Assembly: GCA_963721805.1 (NCBI GenBank) | Contig: CAVRJY010000001.1 | Location: forward strand, 416,001 to 480,000 | Direction: 5' to 3' | DNA length: 64,000 bases | DNA from: Nitrospirota bacterium | GTDB lineage: Bacteria; Nitrospirota; Thermodesulfovibrionia; Thermodesulfovibrionales; JdFR-86 | In this document: piece by piece, positions 8,231 through 17,735 of the stretch | Numbering within the stretch: the stretch's first letter is position 1 | Layout: each line of letters starts with the position of its first letter | Position numbers and translations under genes: made by a program | The notes under the pieces: model-generated | Databases searched by the model: none | Seen by the model: the letters and a program-made list of their open reading frames with translations, nothing else | What the model was told of the DNA's origin: nothing

Positions 8231-9295
8231 CGCCGCTCTGACCTTTCCGGCCGCGCCGGCCTTGCCCTCCGAGGGCTCCTTCTTGATCTGGAACGTGACG
8301 CGCGTGCCTATGTCGACCACGTCCCAGCGTATGTCCTCGAGGTCCGAGAGGTGGAAGAAGTACTGCCGCCCGTTGTCGGCGTTGATGAACCCGTAGCCCT
8401 TCTCGATCTTCTTGTCGCAGATCTCGCCCGAGAGGGCCGCGCCCTCGGGGTCCTTGATGATGTTGCCGGCCATGTCCTCGTCCTCGTCGGCCTCGCCTGA
8501 CGGGGTGGCGACTGCGGTCTGTGCGAGGTCGCGGTGGGTCGCGGCCTTCTGCTCGCTGAACCGTTTACGGCAGTCGTCGCAGAAAAACGGCATCCCGCGG
8601 CGGGGCCTGAAGGTCGTCCATTCCTTGCGCTCCCCGACATGCAGCGGCGACTGGCAGTCCAGCTGCCGCCGCTCGTACTTAAGCTCGATGTCCGGGATGA
8701 TGTCGTTGATCCATATGATCGAGGTGTCCTTGACGCGCTTTGGGTCAAGCGGGTCTGAGTACTCCGGGGGGCAGCTGTTTTTGATGCTCGCTATCACGAT
8801 GCGCTTCCCGATCCTGCGGACGCTCTGGAGCACCGGGACGTAGTCGCGGTCCCCGATGACCACTATCGCGAGGTCGAAGGCGTCTATCGCGGCGTTAAAG
8901 AGCAGCGAGGTCGCAAGCGCGATGTCCACGCACTTCTCCTTGGGCTCGAACTCGTCGCTCTCGGGCCGGTCCTTCTTCTTGAGCCGCCTGCCGTGGAAGT
9001 TTATCGGGAAGATCTCGACCTCGTAGTTGTATTCCTCGCGCAGGCGGTCGAAGAAGTCCTGCCGCCGCTGCACCGCGTCGTCGTCCAGCACGTTGTGGTT
9101 GGCCGCGATGCTCCCGAAGAGGTGCGTGCGCACTATGTCCAGATCCGGGATGCTCATGTACTCGCTGACCTTCGCCCCGAGCACCTTGGGCAGCAGGCCG
9201 TAGTCGATGTGGTACTCCTGGTCCTGTTCGGTTGCGAGCTTTGAGGTGTTGAGGTAGAGCCAGGTGCCGTCGATGAATACCATTACCTTAATCAC
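8228..9295 (-). CDS. NYN (LabA/DUF88, PIN-like) domain protein with putative Zn site and C-terminal cold-shock domain
   Basis: VFIDGTWL, KEKCVDIALA, GDRDYVP; C..H...CDDC; KGYGFI...YFFHLSDL; AAGGAGG before GTG 9295. Confidence 0.85.
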   Translation of the reverse strand: MIKVMVFIDGTWLYLNTSKLATEQDQEYHIDYGLLPKVLGAKVSEYMSIPDLDIVRTHLFGSIAANHNVLDDDAVQRRQDFFDRLREEYNYEVEIFPINFHGRRLKKKDRPESDEFEPKEKCVDIALATSLLFNAAIDAFDLAIVVIGDRDYVPVLQSVRRIGKRIVIASIKNSCPPEYSDPLDPKRVKDTSIIWINDIIPDIELKYERRQLDCQSPLHVGERKEWTTFRPRRGMPFFCDDCRKRFSEQKAATHRDLAQTAVATPSGEADEDEDMAGNIIKDPEGAALSGEICDKKIEKGYGFINADNGRQYFFHLSDLEDIRWDVVDIGTRVTFQIKKEPSEGKAGAAGKVRAA

Positions 9296-9416
9296 TTTGA
9301 AATCCTCCTTGTGCGTGCGCACCAATAACGCGTTATTCAGCTTGTGATCAACTGTGACCTCTAATTATACATCAATATCCGGCCGGCCGCAAAGCGAAAT
9401 TTGCAGCCTTGCAGGC

Positions 9417-10145
9417 TCAGTCGGCCGCCTTGCCCTCGGCCACCGCGCGAAGCGACGAGGCGAATTCGGCCGTCCCGTCCCTGGCCAGCCGCGAGAGCGC
9501 CTCGGCGGTCTGGGCCGTAAATACCGGGTTTTGGGCCGGGGCGCTCCTGTACGTCGTCACGTTGTAGAGCACGGCCCCGTTTGCGTCATACATTATCCAG
9601 TCGAGCCTGAGCAACATCATGTATTTCTTTTTAAACATTATGTATTCGGTCGAGCCGTCCACCGTCAGAGCGGCGTCCAGGGAGTTGGCCTCCACGAAGG
9701 CCGCGACCTTCGGCACGCCCGGCTCCGGGAGCTCGAGCATCAGGAACTTGCCCCCCTTGCCCCTGCCGGTCCTCTGAAGCGCGATGGGGGGGATTACCGT
9801 GAGCTTGCTGTCTATGAGCGCGAAGACCGAGGCCCTCCTGAGCGTCTGAGCGATGTTGCCCCGAAAACGCGCGCCGAAGGTCTTGGCCCGCTCGTCAATC
9901 GCCTCGGACCTTGCCTTGTCCATCTCGCCCATCGCCTTGACGTAGTGGTATCTGGCATGTATCAGTCCGACCTTCATCGTCTTCAACGCGCCGGGCGTAA
10001 GCCCCTTAAACGCGTTTGCGTGCCTGTCGAGGTAATCGATCGAATACGACCCGGGCTTCGCTACCTGCGCCGGGCCGCGGCAGCCGAGCAGCCAAGGCGC
10101 GGCAAGCAGGGCCAATATGATTATGAACACCCGTGCGGACATCAT
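9417..10145 (-). CDS. Hypothetical lipoprotein
   Basis: Hydrophobic leader with LLGC lipobox. Confidence 0.7.
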   Translation of the reverse strand: MMSARVFIIILALLAAPWLLGCRGPAQVAKPGSYSIDYLDRHANAFKGLTPGALKTMKVGLIHARYHYVKAMGEMDKARSEAIDERAKTFGARFRGNIAQTLRRASVFALIDSKLTVIPPIALQRTGRGKGGKFLMLELPEPGVPKVAAFVEANSLDAALTVDGSTEYIMFKKKYMMLLRLDWIMYDANGAVLYNVTTYRSAPAQNPVFTAQTAEALSRLARDGTAEFASSLRAVAEGKAAD

Positions 10146-10188
10146 ACTATGCTACCTATCGGTCACATTTCGGTCAAGGGGCCAAGTG

Positions 10189-10342
10189 AAAGCGCGCCAA
10201 ATCGCTTGGGGCCGACTGGCCCCCCTCCTTCAGGTGGCTCCGCCCCCTTGGCCCTCGTGGGCTATTGAAAGCCACTGTGCCGCCTGGAAAAGTGAGCGTG
10301 GCCAGATGGCCACGCGAATAGGGAAAGGGGCCATCCGGTCCC
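10189..10342. repeat. R5 (20-nt tail fragment of the long repeat) fused to REP-like hairpins and a TGAGC-stem-GCGAATA unit
   Basis: AAAGCGCGCCAAATCGCTTG, then GGGGCCGACTGGCCCC; GTGAGCGTGGCCAGATGGCCACGCGAATA at 10292-10320. Confidence 0.75.
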
Positions 10343-10442
10343 ATTGACAGCTCCCGGAACTCGCGGTAGACTTCACTCAGGGAACACGTTGGCGAGAAAT
10401 ATCACAACCTAACGCGTGGCTGGGATCCGGAGGTGACGGGCT

Positions 10443-10724
10443 ATGGGACGCTATCTGGTGCTGAGCAACCTTACCGAAGAGGGCCGCAAGACGATACAGA
10501 AGAACCCCGAACGCATACTGGCCGTCAACAAGGAACTCGAAAAGATGGGCGTAAAGGTGGTGGAGCAGTACGCGCTGCTGGGGCCCTATGACTTCGCGAG
10601 CGTAATCGAGTGCCTCGACAACGAGACCGTGATGCGCATGATCGTGGAACTCGGCGCGCGCGGCACCCTGAACCTCATGAGCCTCCCGGCCATCCGCGTC
10701 GAAGACCTGATAAAAACCCTCTAG
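10443..10724 (+). CDS. GYD domain protein
   Basis: YLVLSNLTEEG...YALLGPYDF pattern; GGAGG SD. Confidence 0.8.
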   Translation: MGRYLVLSNLTEEGRKTIQKNPERILAVNKELEKMGVKVVEQYALLGPYDFASVIECLDNETVMRMIVELGARGTLNLMSLPAIRVEDLIKTL

Positions 10725-10769
10725 GGGTGCCACGGGCACCTCTCCCCCGCATAGCAGGAGGTCACGGCG

Positions 10770-11597
10770 ATGGAAAGCGCGATCTGCCCGGTCGCCTCGG
10801 CGCACCGCGGAGTGATGGTCACGGACGGCGCTGGCGTCAGGATCAACCGCATAATCGGCACCCGCTCGCTCGACCACGTAGACCCGTTCGTCCTGCTGGA
10901 CGAGATCCGAAGCGATGACCCCGACGACTACGTCCTGGGGTTCCCGACCCATCCGCACCGCGGCATCGAGACGATCACATACATGATCCACGGCGCGTTC
11001 CGCCACCGCGACTCAAGGGGCGGCGGCGGGCTCCTCACCGCCGGATGCACGCAGTGGATGACCGCCGGGGGCGGCATCCTGCATAGCGAGATGCCGGAGT
11101 CCCCGGACGGCGTATGGGGCTATCAGCTCTGGCTGAGCCTCCCGCGCAGGCACAAGATGGTCCCGCCCCGATACCAGCACATCGCGCCGGCCGACATGAA
11201 GGTCTCCGAGTCCGGCGGCGTGCGAGTGCAGATCATCTCGGGCCGGTACGGCGGCCTCGAAGGCCCGGCCTCAAACTGGGTCAGGACCGATTACTTCGAC
11301 GTAAGGCTCGGCGCTGGCGCTACGTTCAGCCACAACCTTCCGGCCGGGATGGAAGGGTTTTTCTACGTCCACAGCGGGACCGTCAGCGTGTGCGGCGAGG
11401 AGGTCCCGGAACGCGTGCTTGCGAGGCTCGGCCCCGGAGACCGCGTCGAGCTAAAGGCCATAGCGGAGGCCGGGCTGCTCTTCGTGGCCGGAGTGCCCAA
11501 CAGGGAGCCTATCGCGCGCGGCGGCCCATTTGTCATGAACACCTGGGCCGAGATCGAAAAGGCCTTCGAGGATTACCGAAACGGAACCTTGTTTTAG
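10770..11597 (+). CDS. Pirin family protein
   Basis: DPFVLLD, GFPTHPHRGIETITY, QWMTAGGGILHSE, GPFVMNT. Confidence 0.95.
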   Translation: MESAICPVASAHRGVMVTDGAGVRINRIIGTRSLDHVDPFVLLDEIRSDDPDDYVLGFPTHPHRGIETITYMIHGAFRHRDSRGGGGLLTAGCTQWMTAGGGILHSEMPESPDGVWGYQLWLSLPRRHKMVPPRYQHIAPADMKVSESGGVRVQIISGRYGGLEGPASNWVRTDYFDVRLGAGATFSHNLPAGMEGFFYVHSGTVSVCGEEVPERVLARLGPGDRVELKAIAEAGLLFVAGVPNREPIARGGPFVMNTWAEIEKAFEDYRNGTLF

Positions 11598-11659
11598 GGC
11601 GCCACGGGCACCCTTTCCATTTACGCCGAACGGGGGTAGGGACGCGTAGGGGGGTGGGA

Positions 11660-11735
11660 TGGTGGGCAGTCGCAGAATCGAACTGCGGACACGTAGCTTT
11701 TCAGGCTACTGCTCTACCGGCTGAGCTAACTGCCC
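11660..11735 (-). tRNA. tRNA-Phe (GAA)
   Basis: Reverse complement GGGCAGTTAGCTCAGCCGGTAGAGCA-GTAGC-CTGAAAA-GCTAC-GTGTCCGCAGTTCGATTCTGCGACTGCCCACCA; 76 nt with encoded CCA. Confidence 0.97.
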
Positions 11736-11817
11736 GTCCTCCCGATAAGAAACCGTAGTTTAACCGTTCAGCCCCAACAGTTGTCAAGGCGCCACGGGGG
11801 GCCGACTGGCCCATCTT

Positions 11818-11994
11818 CTAAAAGCCGTTGACCGCGAGGCGCGGAGGCAGCGGTTGGGCCGCGCACTTCGCAAAGCGCGATAAATCGCGTCAGACTAGGA
11901 ACGGCGAGGAAAACGTCCGACGACGTACTGAGACGTACTTCGAGGACGGATTTCCGAAGCCGTGACAACGTATCACGCGACTTTGGCGCGCTTT
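11818..11994 (+). repeat. Long-hairpin repeat copy R6 (subfamily B)
   Basis: Similar to R4; tail overlaps the TGA of the nitroreductase gene. Confidence 0.92.
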
Positions 11995-12644
11995 CATTCC
12001 ATCCACTTCATAATTTCGCCAAGCGGTGCCCGTTCGGTGCGGAACTGGTTCATGGGGTGCCCCATGTCCGCGTACCCGACCGAGAGCCCGAGGCAGAGCC
12101 GCTTTGAGGCGTCGATGCCGAGGACCTCTTTCACGATGGCCGAGTAGTCGGTCAGGAATGCCTGCGGGACCGAGCCCACGCCGTGGGCGAATGCGGCGAG
12201 CATCAGGGTTTGGGCGAACAGGCCCATGTCGAAGAGAGACCACGCGCCGAGGGCCGAGTCCTGAAAAAGGTATATCCCGTGCGGGGCGCCGTAGAACCTG
12301 AAGTTGGCCTCCTTCGACTTGCGCGCGAGATCGGGGTCCGAGGCGTTTATGCCGCGCCTGCTAAACAGGGCGTCGATGCGGGTCTGGTTGACCGCGGGCC
12401 ACGAAGTGGCGGCCGGGATGTCGGGGGTGGGCGGAAACCCGGCGGCAAGGGCCTCGACGAGCCGCGCGCTTAACGCCTCCTTGGCCGCGCCGCTTAGTAT
12501 GATGGCCTCCCAGGGCTGGGTGTTTTTGTATGACGGGCTTCTGAGCGCGGCCTCTACAATGGCCTCGAGGGTCGCGCGAGGTACTGGGTCGGGCCTGAAC
12601 TTCCGTACGCTCCACCTGCCTTTGATGCACTCGATAGCGTCCAT
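11994..12644 (-). CDS. Nitroreductase family protein
   Basis: RWSVRKF, SPSYKNTQPW, FYGAPH, DMGLFAQTLMLAA. Confidence 0.93.
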   Translation of the reverse strand: MDAIECIKGRWSVRKFRPDPVPRATLEAIVEAALRSPSYKNTQPWEAIILSGAAKEALSARLVEALAAGFPPTPDIPAATSWPAVNQTRIDALFSRRGINASDPDLARKSKEANFRFYGAPHGIYLFQDSALGAWSLFDMGLFAQTLMLAAFAHGVGSVPQAFLTDYSAIVKEVLGIDASKRLCLGLSVGYADMGHPMNQFRTERAPLGEIMKWME

Positions 12645-12650
12645 GGGTGT

Positions 12651-13103
12651 CTACCTCCTGAGTTTGATGACTACCTTGGTTACCTGGCCGGGGCCGCCCG
12701 AGATGAGCTGCGGCATGTGGCCGTCGCTTGGAGCGAAGAGCGCGAAGAGGCCGGGCCTGAGCGTGACGATGCCTTCGGGGACATCGGGCCGTTCGTAAAA
12801 CGCTATATCGCGTGTCGCGTCATACGGGGTGCGCTCCTCGAGCCTGTATAATGTGAACCACTCGATGGCCTCGGCGCCCGCGAGCAGCAGCTGCACGTCG
12901 GTGTATACGAGGTGGGCCTCGGGGTATGCCTCGTCCCTGGGCTTGGTCTCATAGTTCGATACGCTTGCGTAGATCTCGCGGCCCCGGATCTCGTATTCGC
13001 CTTGGGGCGTGGCGGACGTGAGGGTCAGGATGAACTCGGTCACCGCGCGGTCCTCGCGCTCGGTGAGGTGCAGCGACAGCCTGTCGATGGTATCGCAGAT
13101 CAT
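12651..13103 (-). CDS. YhcH/YjgK/YiaL family protein
   Basis: EAHLVYTDVQLLLAGAE, FALFAPSDGHMP, KVVIK; ATGA overlap with the upstream gene. Confidence 0.88.
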   Translation of the reverse strand: MICDTIDRLSLHLTEREDRAVTEFILTLTSATPQGEYEIRGREIYASVSNYETKPRDEAYPEAHLVYTDVQLLLAGAEAIEWFTLYRLEERTPYDATRDIAFYERPDVPEGIVTLRPGLFALFAPSDGHMPQLISGGPGQVTKVVIKLRR

Positions 13104-14644
13104 GATGATGCCTCCCGGGTGTCGGCCTCCACCCTGTTTCTGCCGTTGGTCTTGGCCCTGTACAGGGTCTCGTCGGCCCGATTTGTGAAGCTTTCGAGCG
13201 AGTCGCCGGGCCCGAACTCCGCGACCCCGAAGCTGCATGTCACGCGCCCGGCGCCCTCGAATTCGCTCTCGCCGATCAGGGCGCAGAGCTTCCCTGCCAT
13301 GACGAGCGCGCCCTGGCGCGGGGTGTCCGGCGCAAGCAGCATAAATTCCTCCCCTCCCCAGCGCGCGAAGGTATCCGGCAGCCTCTTGTTTGCGCTCACG
13401 AGCCGCGCCAGCTCCCTCAGCACGCTGTCACCGATCTGGTGGCCGTAGGTATCGTTGACCGCCTTGAAGCGGTCGATGTCCAGCATGATCAGCGACAGCG
13501 GCGTGCCGTAGCGCCGCGCGCGGCTTATCTCGCTCAGGAGGACCTCGGAGAACTTCAGCCTGTTGCAGACGCCGGTGAGGACGTCCGTCGTGGCCTGGCG
13601 TTCGAGTATCCTGTTTACGTACTGCAGCGAGTCCTGCGCCCGCTTGCGCTCGGTGATGTCCATGAAGGTGCCGATTATGCCCCCAACACGCCCGTTTTCG
13701 TCCATGAAGACGTTCTTATTATAGACCACGTCGAGGGTCTCGCCCGAATGTGAGTTCACCTTGAAGTCATAGACCTGATGGGCCGGATTTTTCAGGAGCT
13801 CCATGTCGTGCTGGTGGTAGGTGCGCGAGAGCTCGCCCGGCCACAGGTCAAAGACGGTCTTGCCCGCGACCTCGGCGGACGTGACTCCCATGACCCTCGA
13901 GAACTCCTCGTTGCACCCCAGGTACCGGCCCTCCGAGTCCTTGTAGAAAACCGCCACCGGGATCGTGCTTAAGAGAGTTTCAAGAAACCGCAGCTGGCGC
14001 TTCAGGGCGTCCTTGGTTCTCTTGCTTTCGGAGATGTCCGAAAACGCGGCTACGGACGCCACCACGGCCCCGCCTTGTATTATGGGGGTCGCGACTATCG
14101 AGACAGGCACCATTACGCCATCTTTGCGCGTGAAGGTCTCCTCATCGATGCGGCACGGTCTGGCGGCCTGCACCAGCTTGTGTATCGGGCACTCGGATTG
14201 GAACACCTTCCAGCCGTCAGCGCATTGAAAGTGTACGGTGTCATGGAAGTTCCTGCCGAGCAGTTCCGAGGCCTGCCATCCGAGGATGCGTTCGGCCTCG
14301 GGGTTCATAAACGTAAGGAGGCCCTCAGCGCTAACGACGTAGACCCCCTCGCCGAGCACCGAGGTGATCGAGCTCAGATGCCCCTCGCTGTCGGCGAGCG
14401 CGCGGCCGGACTCGCGCAGCCGTTCAAGGAGCATTATAAAGAGGGAAAACACAAGCGTCCCAACCAGCGCGGCCGTGACGAAGCCGGTTATCATAAAGTC
14501 AGGGGTGACCCTGCCGTGGAAGAATACGCACAGCGGGGCTACGACTATCTCGACGAGGAATATGGTCAGGCCTAAGGAAATCAGCAGGAGGTATGAGGAC
14601 CTGATCTTCAGCAGATAAGAAAACGCTCTGTCTTTGAAGTCCAT
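13100..14644 (-). CDS. Membrane-anchored PAS-PAS diguanylate cyclase
   Basis: Two N-terminal TM segments, two PAS domains, DIDRFKAVND and RWGGEEF. Confidence 0.93.
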   Translation of the reverse strand: MDFKDRAFSYLLKIRSSYLLLISLGLTIFLVEIVVAPLCVFFHGRVTPDFMITGFVTAALVGTLVFSLFIMLLERLRESGRALADSEGHLSSITSVLGEGVYVVSAEGLLTFMNPEAERILGWQASELLGRNFHDTVHFQCADGWKVFQSECPIHKLVQAARPCRIDEETFTRKDGVMVPVSIVATPIIQGGAVVASVAAFSDISESKRTKDALKRQLRFLETLLSTIPVAVFYKDSEGRYLGCNEEFSRVMGVTSAEVAGKTVFDLWPGELSRTYHQHDMELLKNPAHQVYDFKVNSHSGETLDVVYNKNVFMDENGRVGGIIGTFMDITERKRAQDSLQYVNRILERQATTDVLTGVCNRLKFSEVLLSEISRARRYGTPLSLIMLDIDRFKAVNDTYGHQIGDSVLRELARLVSANKRLPDTFARWGGEEFMLLAPDTPRQGALVMAGKLCALIGESEFEGAGRVTCSFGVAEFGPGDSLESFTNRADETLYRAKTNGRNRVEADTREASS

Positions 14645-14665
14645 GCTTTTATTACCCCGCGATGT

Positions 14666-15568
14666 CTAACTCACAACCCCGGACTCGGCCTCCACCCTGT
14701 TCCTGCCGCCGGACTTGGCCTTGTAGAGGGCCTCGTCGGCCCGTCCGGTAAAGCTCTCAAGCGTATCGCCCGCTCTGTAGGCGGCGACCCCGAAGCTGCA
14801 GGTCACGCGGCCCGCCCCCTCAAACGCGCTTTCCTGGACGATCGCGCGGAGTTTTCCGGCCAGTGCGGCGGCGTTTTCCAGCGAGTCGTTCGGCGCAAGC
14901 AGCATGAACTCCTCGCCGCCCCAGCGCGCGAAGGAATCGTAGTTTCTTATGTTCGCGCTGATGAGCCGCGCCAGCTCCCTCAGCACGCTGTCGCCCGCCT
15001 GGTGGCCATAGGCGTCGTTGACCTCCTTGAAGTGGTCGATGTCCAGCATGACCAGAGAGAGCGGCGCGCCGTAGCGCTCGGCCCTGCCGATCTCGGCCGA
15101 GAGGACCTCGGAGAACTTGAGTCTGTTATATATTCCCGTGAGCGTGTCCGTCGTGGCCTGGCGTTCGAGTTCCTCCTCGACCAGCCGCTTTTCGCGCAGC
15201 GACTCTATCATCGCGTTAAAGGCGGCCGAGAACTCCCCGAGGAACGTGACCCTCTGGCTCAGGTCCCCCTTGGCTATCTGCTGCGTCTGCCAGGTGAGGT
15301 GCCTGAGGTTGGCGTGAAGCTGCTTGAACCGCGAGACAAGGAAGTTGCGGGCCGGAGGGTCCGCGTCGAGGTTGCCCTTCGAGAGCGAGGCGATGAACTC
15401 GTTGGACTCGTTAAACGCGCGCAGGAGCCTGTCTATCGAGGCATGAAGGCGCGAGAGTCCCTCGTCGTCGCATCTGGCTGCATCGAGGCGCGGCGGCGGC
15501 TGGCCCGCAAGGAGCATCTCGACCGCCTCGTTCAGCCCCGCGACGGCCGATACGTCGGCCTGCGTCAT
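14666..15568 (-). CDS. HAMP-containing diguanylate cyclase
   Basis: QQIAKGDLSQRV..GEFSAAFNAM HAMP; RWGGEEF; ATGA overlap with the V4R gene. Confidence 0.92.
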   Translation of the reverse strand: MTQADVSAVAGLNEAVEMLLAGQPPPRLDAARCDDEGLSRLHASIDRLLRAFNESNEFIASLSKGNLDADPPARNFLVSRFKQLHANLRHLTWQTQQIAKGDLSQRVTFLGEFSAAFNAMIESLREKRLVEEELERQATTDTLTGIYNRLKFSEVLSAEIGRAERYGAPLSLVMLDIDHFKEVNDAYGHQAGDSVLRELARLISANIRNYDSFARWGGEEFMLLAPNDSLENAAALAGKLRAIVQESAFEGAGRVTCSFGVAAYRAGDTLESFTGRADEALYKAKSGGRNRVEAESGVVS

Positions 15569-16089
15569 GCCTGGCTGGCCTTCGCGCTGAACCGGCATAT
15601 CCTCTCTCCAGAGGCCCAGCAATCGACCTCTCTCACCTTAAACTCCCTGCCGGTGTAGCAGCCCAGGACGCCGGAGAGGAAGCCCTCGTCGTAGTCACAG
15701 ACGGTCTCGTCCGTCACGGGCAGGCCCGAGCAGTCGAGGTCCTCCTCCATCGTGAGTACGCATTCCATCTTCTCGAGGTCGGCCTTCTCGACGCGGAGCA
15801 CCCCTATATTGAGGTCGAGCATCTTCTGGTGGAAGTCGGCCATGAAGCGGTCGAAGTCCAGCCCGGTGTCCAGGACGTTGAGGCAGAACTGCGTCCCGGC
15901 CAGCCGGCCGGCCTCGTAGAGGATATCGCCGGCGGCCTCGGGGCCGTATTTTGATATAAGGACGCTTCGCAGGGTGTACTGCATCAGGCGGTAGACCGCG
16001 ACGTCGGTCAGCTGGCCGAGGTTAGGCCTCCCCAGGCGTATGTCGCCCAGGTCGCTCCAGCGAAAACCGTGCCGCTCACGCTCTTCCAT
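15565..16089 (-). CDS. V4R domain protein
   Basis: GRPNLG..YRLMQY, EDLDCSGLP, CDYDEGFLSG, EVDCWASGERICRF. Confidence 0.9.
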   Translation of the reverse strand: MEERERHGFRWSDLGDIRLGRPNLGQLTDVAVYRLMQYTLRSVLISKYGPEAAGDILYEAGRLAGTQFCLNVLDTGLDFDRFMADFHQKMLDLNIGVLRVEKADLEKMECVLTMEEDLDCSGLPVTDETVCDYDEGFLSGVLGCYTGREFKVREVDCWASGERICRFSAKASQA

Positions 16090-16141
16090 GACAAATACTA
16101 TCACGATTTCCGGAATGTAAAAAGCTGTTATTATAAGAGCT

Positions 16142-16969
16142 GTGAGGGCCGGGGCAATAGACCTGCACGTGCACGGCACGGGCAAACACGACACGCGCGG
16201 CGGCGAGCGCGACATCCTCGCGATGTCCCGCAGCCTGGGGCGCGCCGGGCTGGCCGCTTTCCTGCCGACGGTATACCCGGCCCCTGTCGCCGAGATGCAC
16301 CGGGCGATGGGCGAGGTGCGCGCTGCGATGGCCCGCGGGGCCGAGCCCGGAAGCGCCCGCATACTGGGCGTGCACCTCGAGGGCCCGTTTCTGAACCCCG
16401 CGCGCCAGGGCGCCCTCGATAAGGACAGCCTGATCGTCCGCCCGCACATGATGGATTTCAGGCGGCTCGTTGACGGCTTTGATGACATCATCCGCATCAT
16501 CACGATTGCCCCGGAGCTCCCCGGGGCGCTGAAAATAATCGAGGCCGCCTCGAACCTCGGCATCCGCGTGAACATGGGCCACACCGACGCGACATACCGC
16601 CAGGCGCTGGACGGCAAGAAGGCCGGGGCCACCGGGGTCACGCACCTGTTTAACGCGATGAGGCCCCTGCACCACCGCGAGCCCGGACTGGTCGGCCTCG
16701 CGCTTACGGACCCCGAACTCTACGTCGAGCTCATCGCGGACGGCGAGCACGTATCGGCCGAGGTCGTGCGCATGGTGTTCGCCCTGAAGCCCAGGGACCG
16801 CATAATAGCGGTCTCGGACTCGGTGATTGGGCCGCACCTGCGCGAGGGCGTCCTGCAGGGCAGCAACATAACGCTCGGCGAGGGCGTCAGGAGGCTGATA
16901 ATGATGGGCATACCCGGCTCGGCCGTCGCGCGCGCGGTGCGCGCAAACCCGCTGGCTTACCTGGGCTGA
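16142..16969 (+). CDS. nagA: N-acetylglucosamine-6-phosphate deacetylase-like amidohydrolase (short)
   Basis: IDLHVHG, GVHLEGPFLN, TIAPEL, GHTDA, THLFNAM, IADGEH. Confidence 0.85.
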   Translation: MRAGAIDLHVHGTGKHDTRGGERDILAMSRSLGRAGLAAFLPTVYPAPVAEMHRAMGEVRAAMARGAEPGSARILGVHLEGPFLNPARQGALDKDSLIVRPHMMDFRRLVDGFDDIIRIITIAPELPGALKIIEAASNLGIRVNMGHTDATYRQALDGKKAGATGVTHLFNAMRPLHHREPGLVGLALTDPELYVELIADGEHVSAEVVRMVFALKPRDRIIAVSDSVIGPHLREGVLQGSNITLGEGVRRLIMMGIPGSAVARAVRANPLAYLG

Positions 16970-17033
16970 TTGCGCGTCCCGGAGTTCTGCGGTATAGTTT
17001 CGGTATGGCTGGGCTGAATACAGAGGCATACGC

Positions 17034-17735
17034 ATGAGGCACATTTGCGCCATAATTTTGATCATCCTCGCCCTCGCCGCGCAGGCGGCATGGGCGGGCG
17101 AAGGGGGTACGGCGGCCTTGATGAAAGACATACACTGGCTCGGGCACGATACGTTTAAGATCACCTCCGGAGGGAAGGTCATATACACCGACCCCTTCAG
17201 GCTCAAACACGGCGATGCGGCCGACATCATCCTGATCACCCACGAGCACTACGACCACTGCTCCCCGGAGGACGTGGCGCGCATCCAGAAGAGCAATACC
17301 GTGATCGTCACGGTAGCGGACTGCGCGGCGAAGCTCTCGGGCAACGTAAAGACCGTCCGCCCCGGCGATAAGCTGGTAGTCGGGGGCGTCTCGATCGAGG
17401 CCGTCCCCGCGTACAACATCGGCAAGAAGTTCCACCCGCAGGCGAATAAATGGGTCGGTTACATATTCAGCGCGGGCGACAGGCGCATATACATAGCCGG
17501 GGACACGGACCGCATCCCTGAGATGAAGTCGATCAGGTGCGACATAGCGCTGCTGCCCGTGGGCGGGACGTATACGATGACGGCCGAGGAGGCCGCGCTC
17601 GCCGCGCTCGATATCAAGCCGAAGGTCGCGGTGCCGATGCACTACGGCACGCTCACCGGCACGCCGGACGATGCCAAACGCTTCGCCGCCGCGCTGAAGG
17701 GCAAGATCGATGTCGTCATCCTCCCGCAAGAGTAA
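17034..17735 (+). CDS. Exported MBL-fold metal-dependent hydrolase
   Basis: Signal peptide; WLGHDTF, THEHYDH, YIAGDT, PMHYGT. Confidence 0.88.
   Translation: MRHICAIILIILALAAQAAWAGEGGTAALMKDIHWLGHDTFKITSGGKVIYTDPFRLKHGDAADIILITHEHYDHCSPEDVARIQKSNTVIVTVADCAAKLSGNVKTVRPGDKLVVGGVSIEAVPAYNIGKKFHPQANKWVGYIFSAGDRRIYIAGDTDRIPEMKSIRCDIALLPVGGTYTMTAEEAALAALDIKPKVAVPMHYGTLTGTPDDAKRFAAALKGKIDVVILPQE

Noticed and set aside
10722..10743. TAG plus hairpin as a pyrrolysine or readthrough signal
   Set aside because: The proteins appear complete at the TAG, the same hairpin follows a TGA and an out-of-frame TAG, and no pyl genes are seen.
11660..11735. tRNA-Phe as an integration site
   Set aside because: No duplicated tRNA 3' end and no integrase noticed in the window.
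11818..11994. 6S RNA interpretation of the long rod with an internal loop
   Set aside because: Thirteen dispersed and often truncated copies do not fit a one- or two-copy housekeeping RNA.
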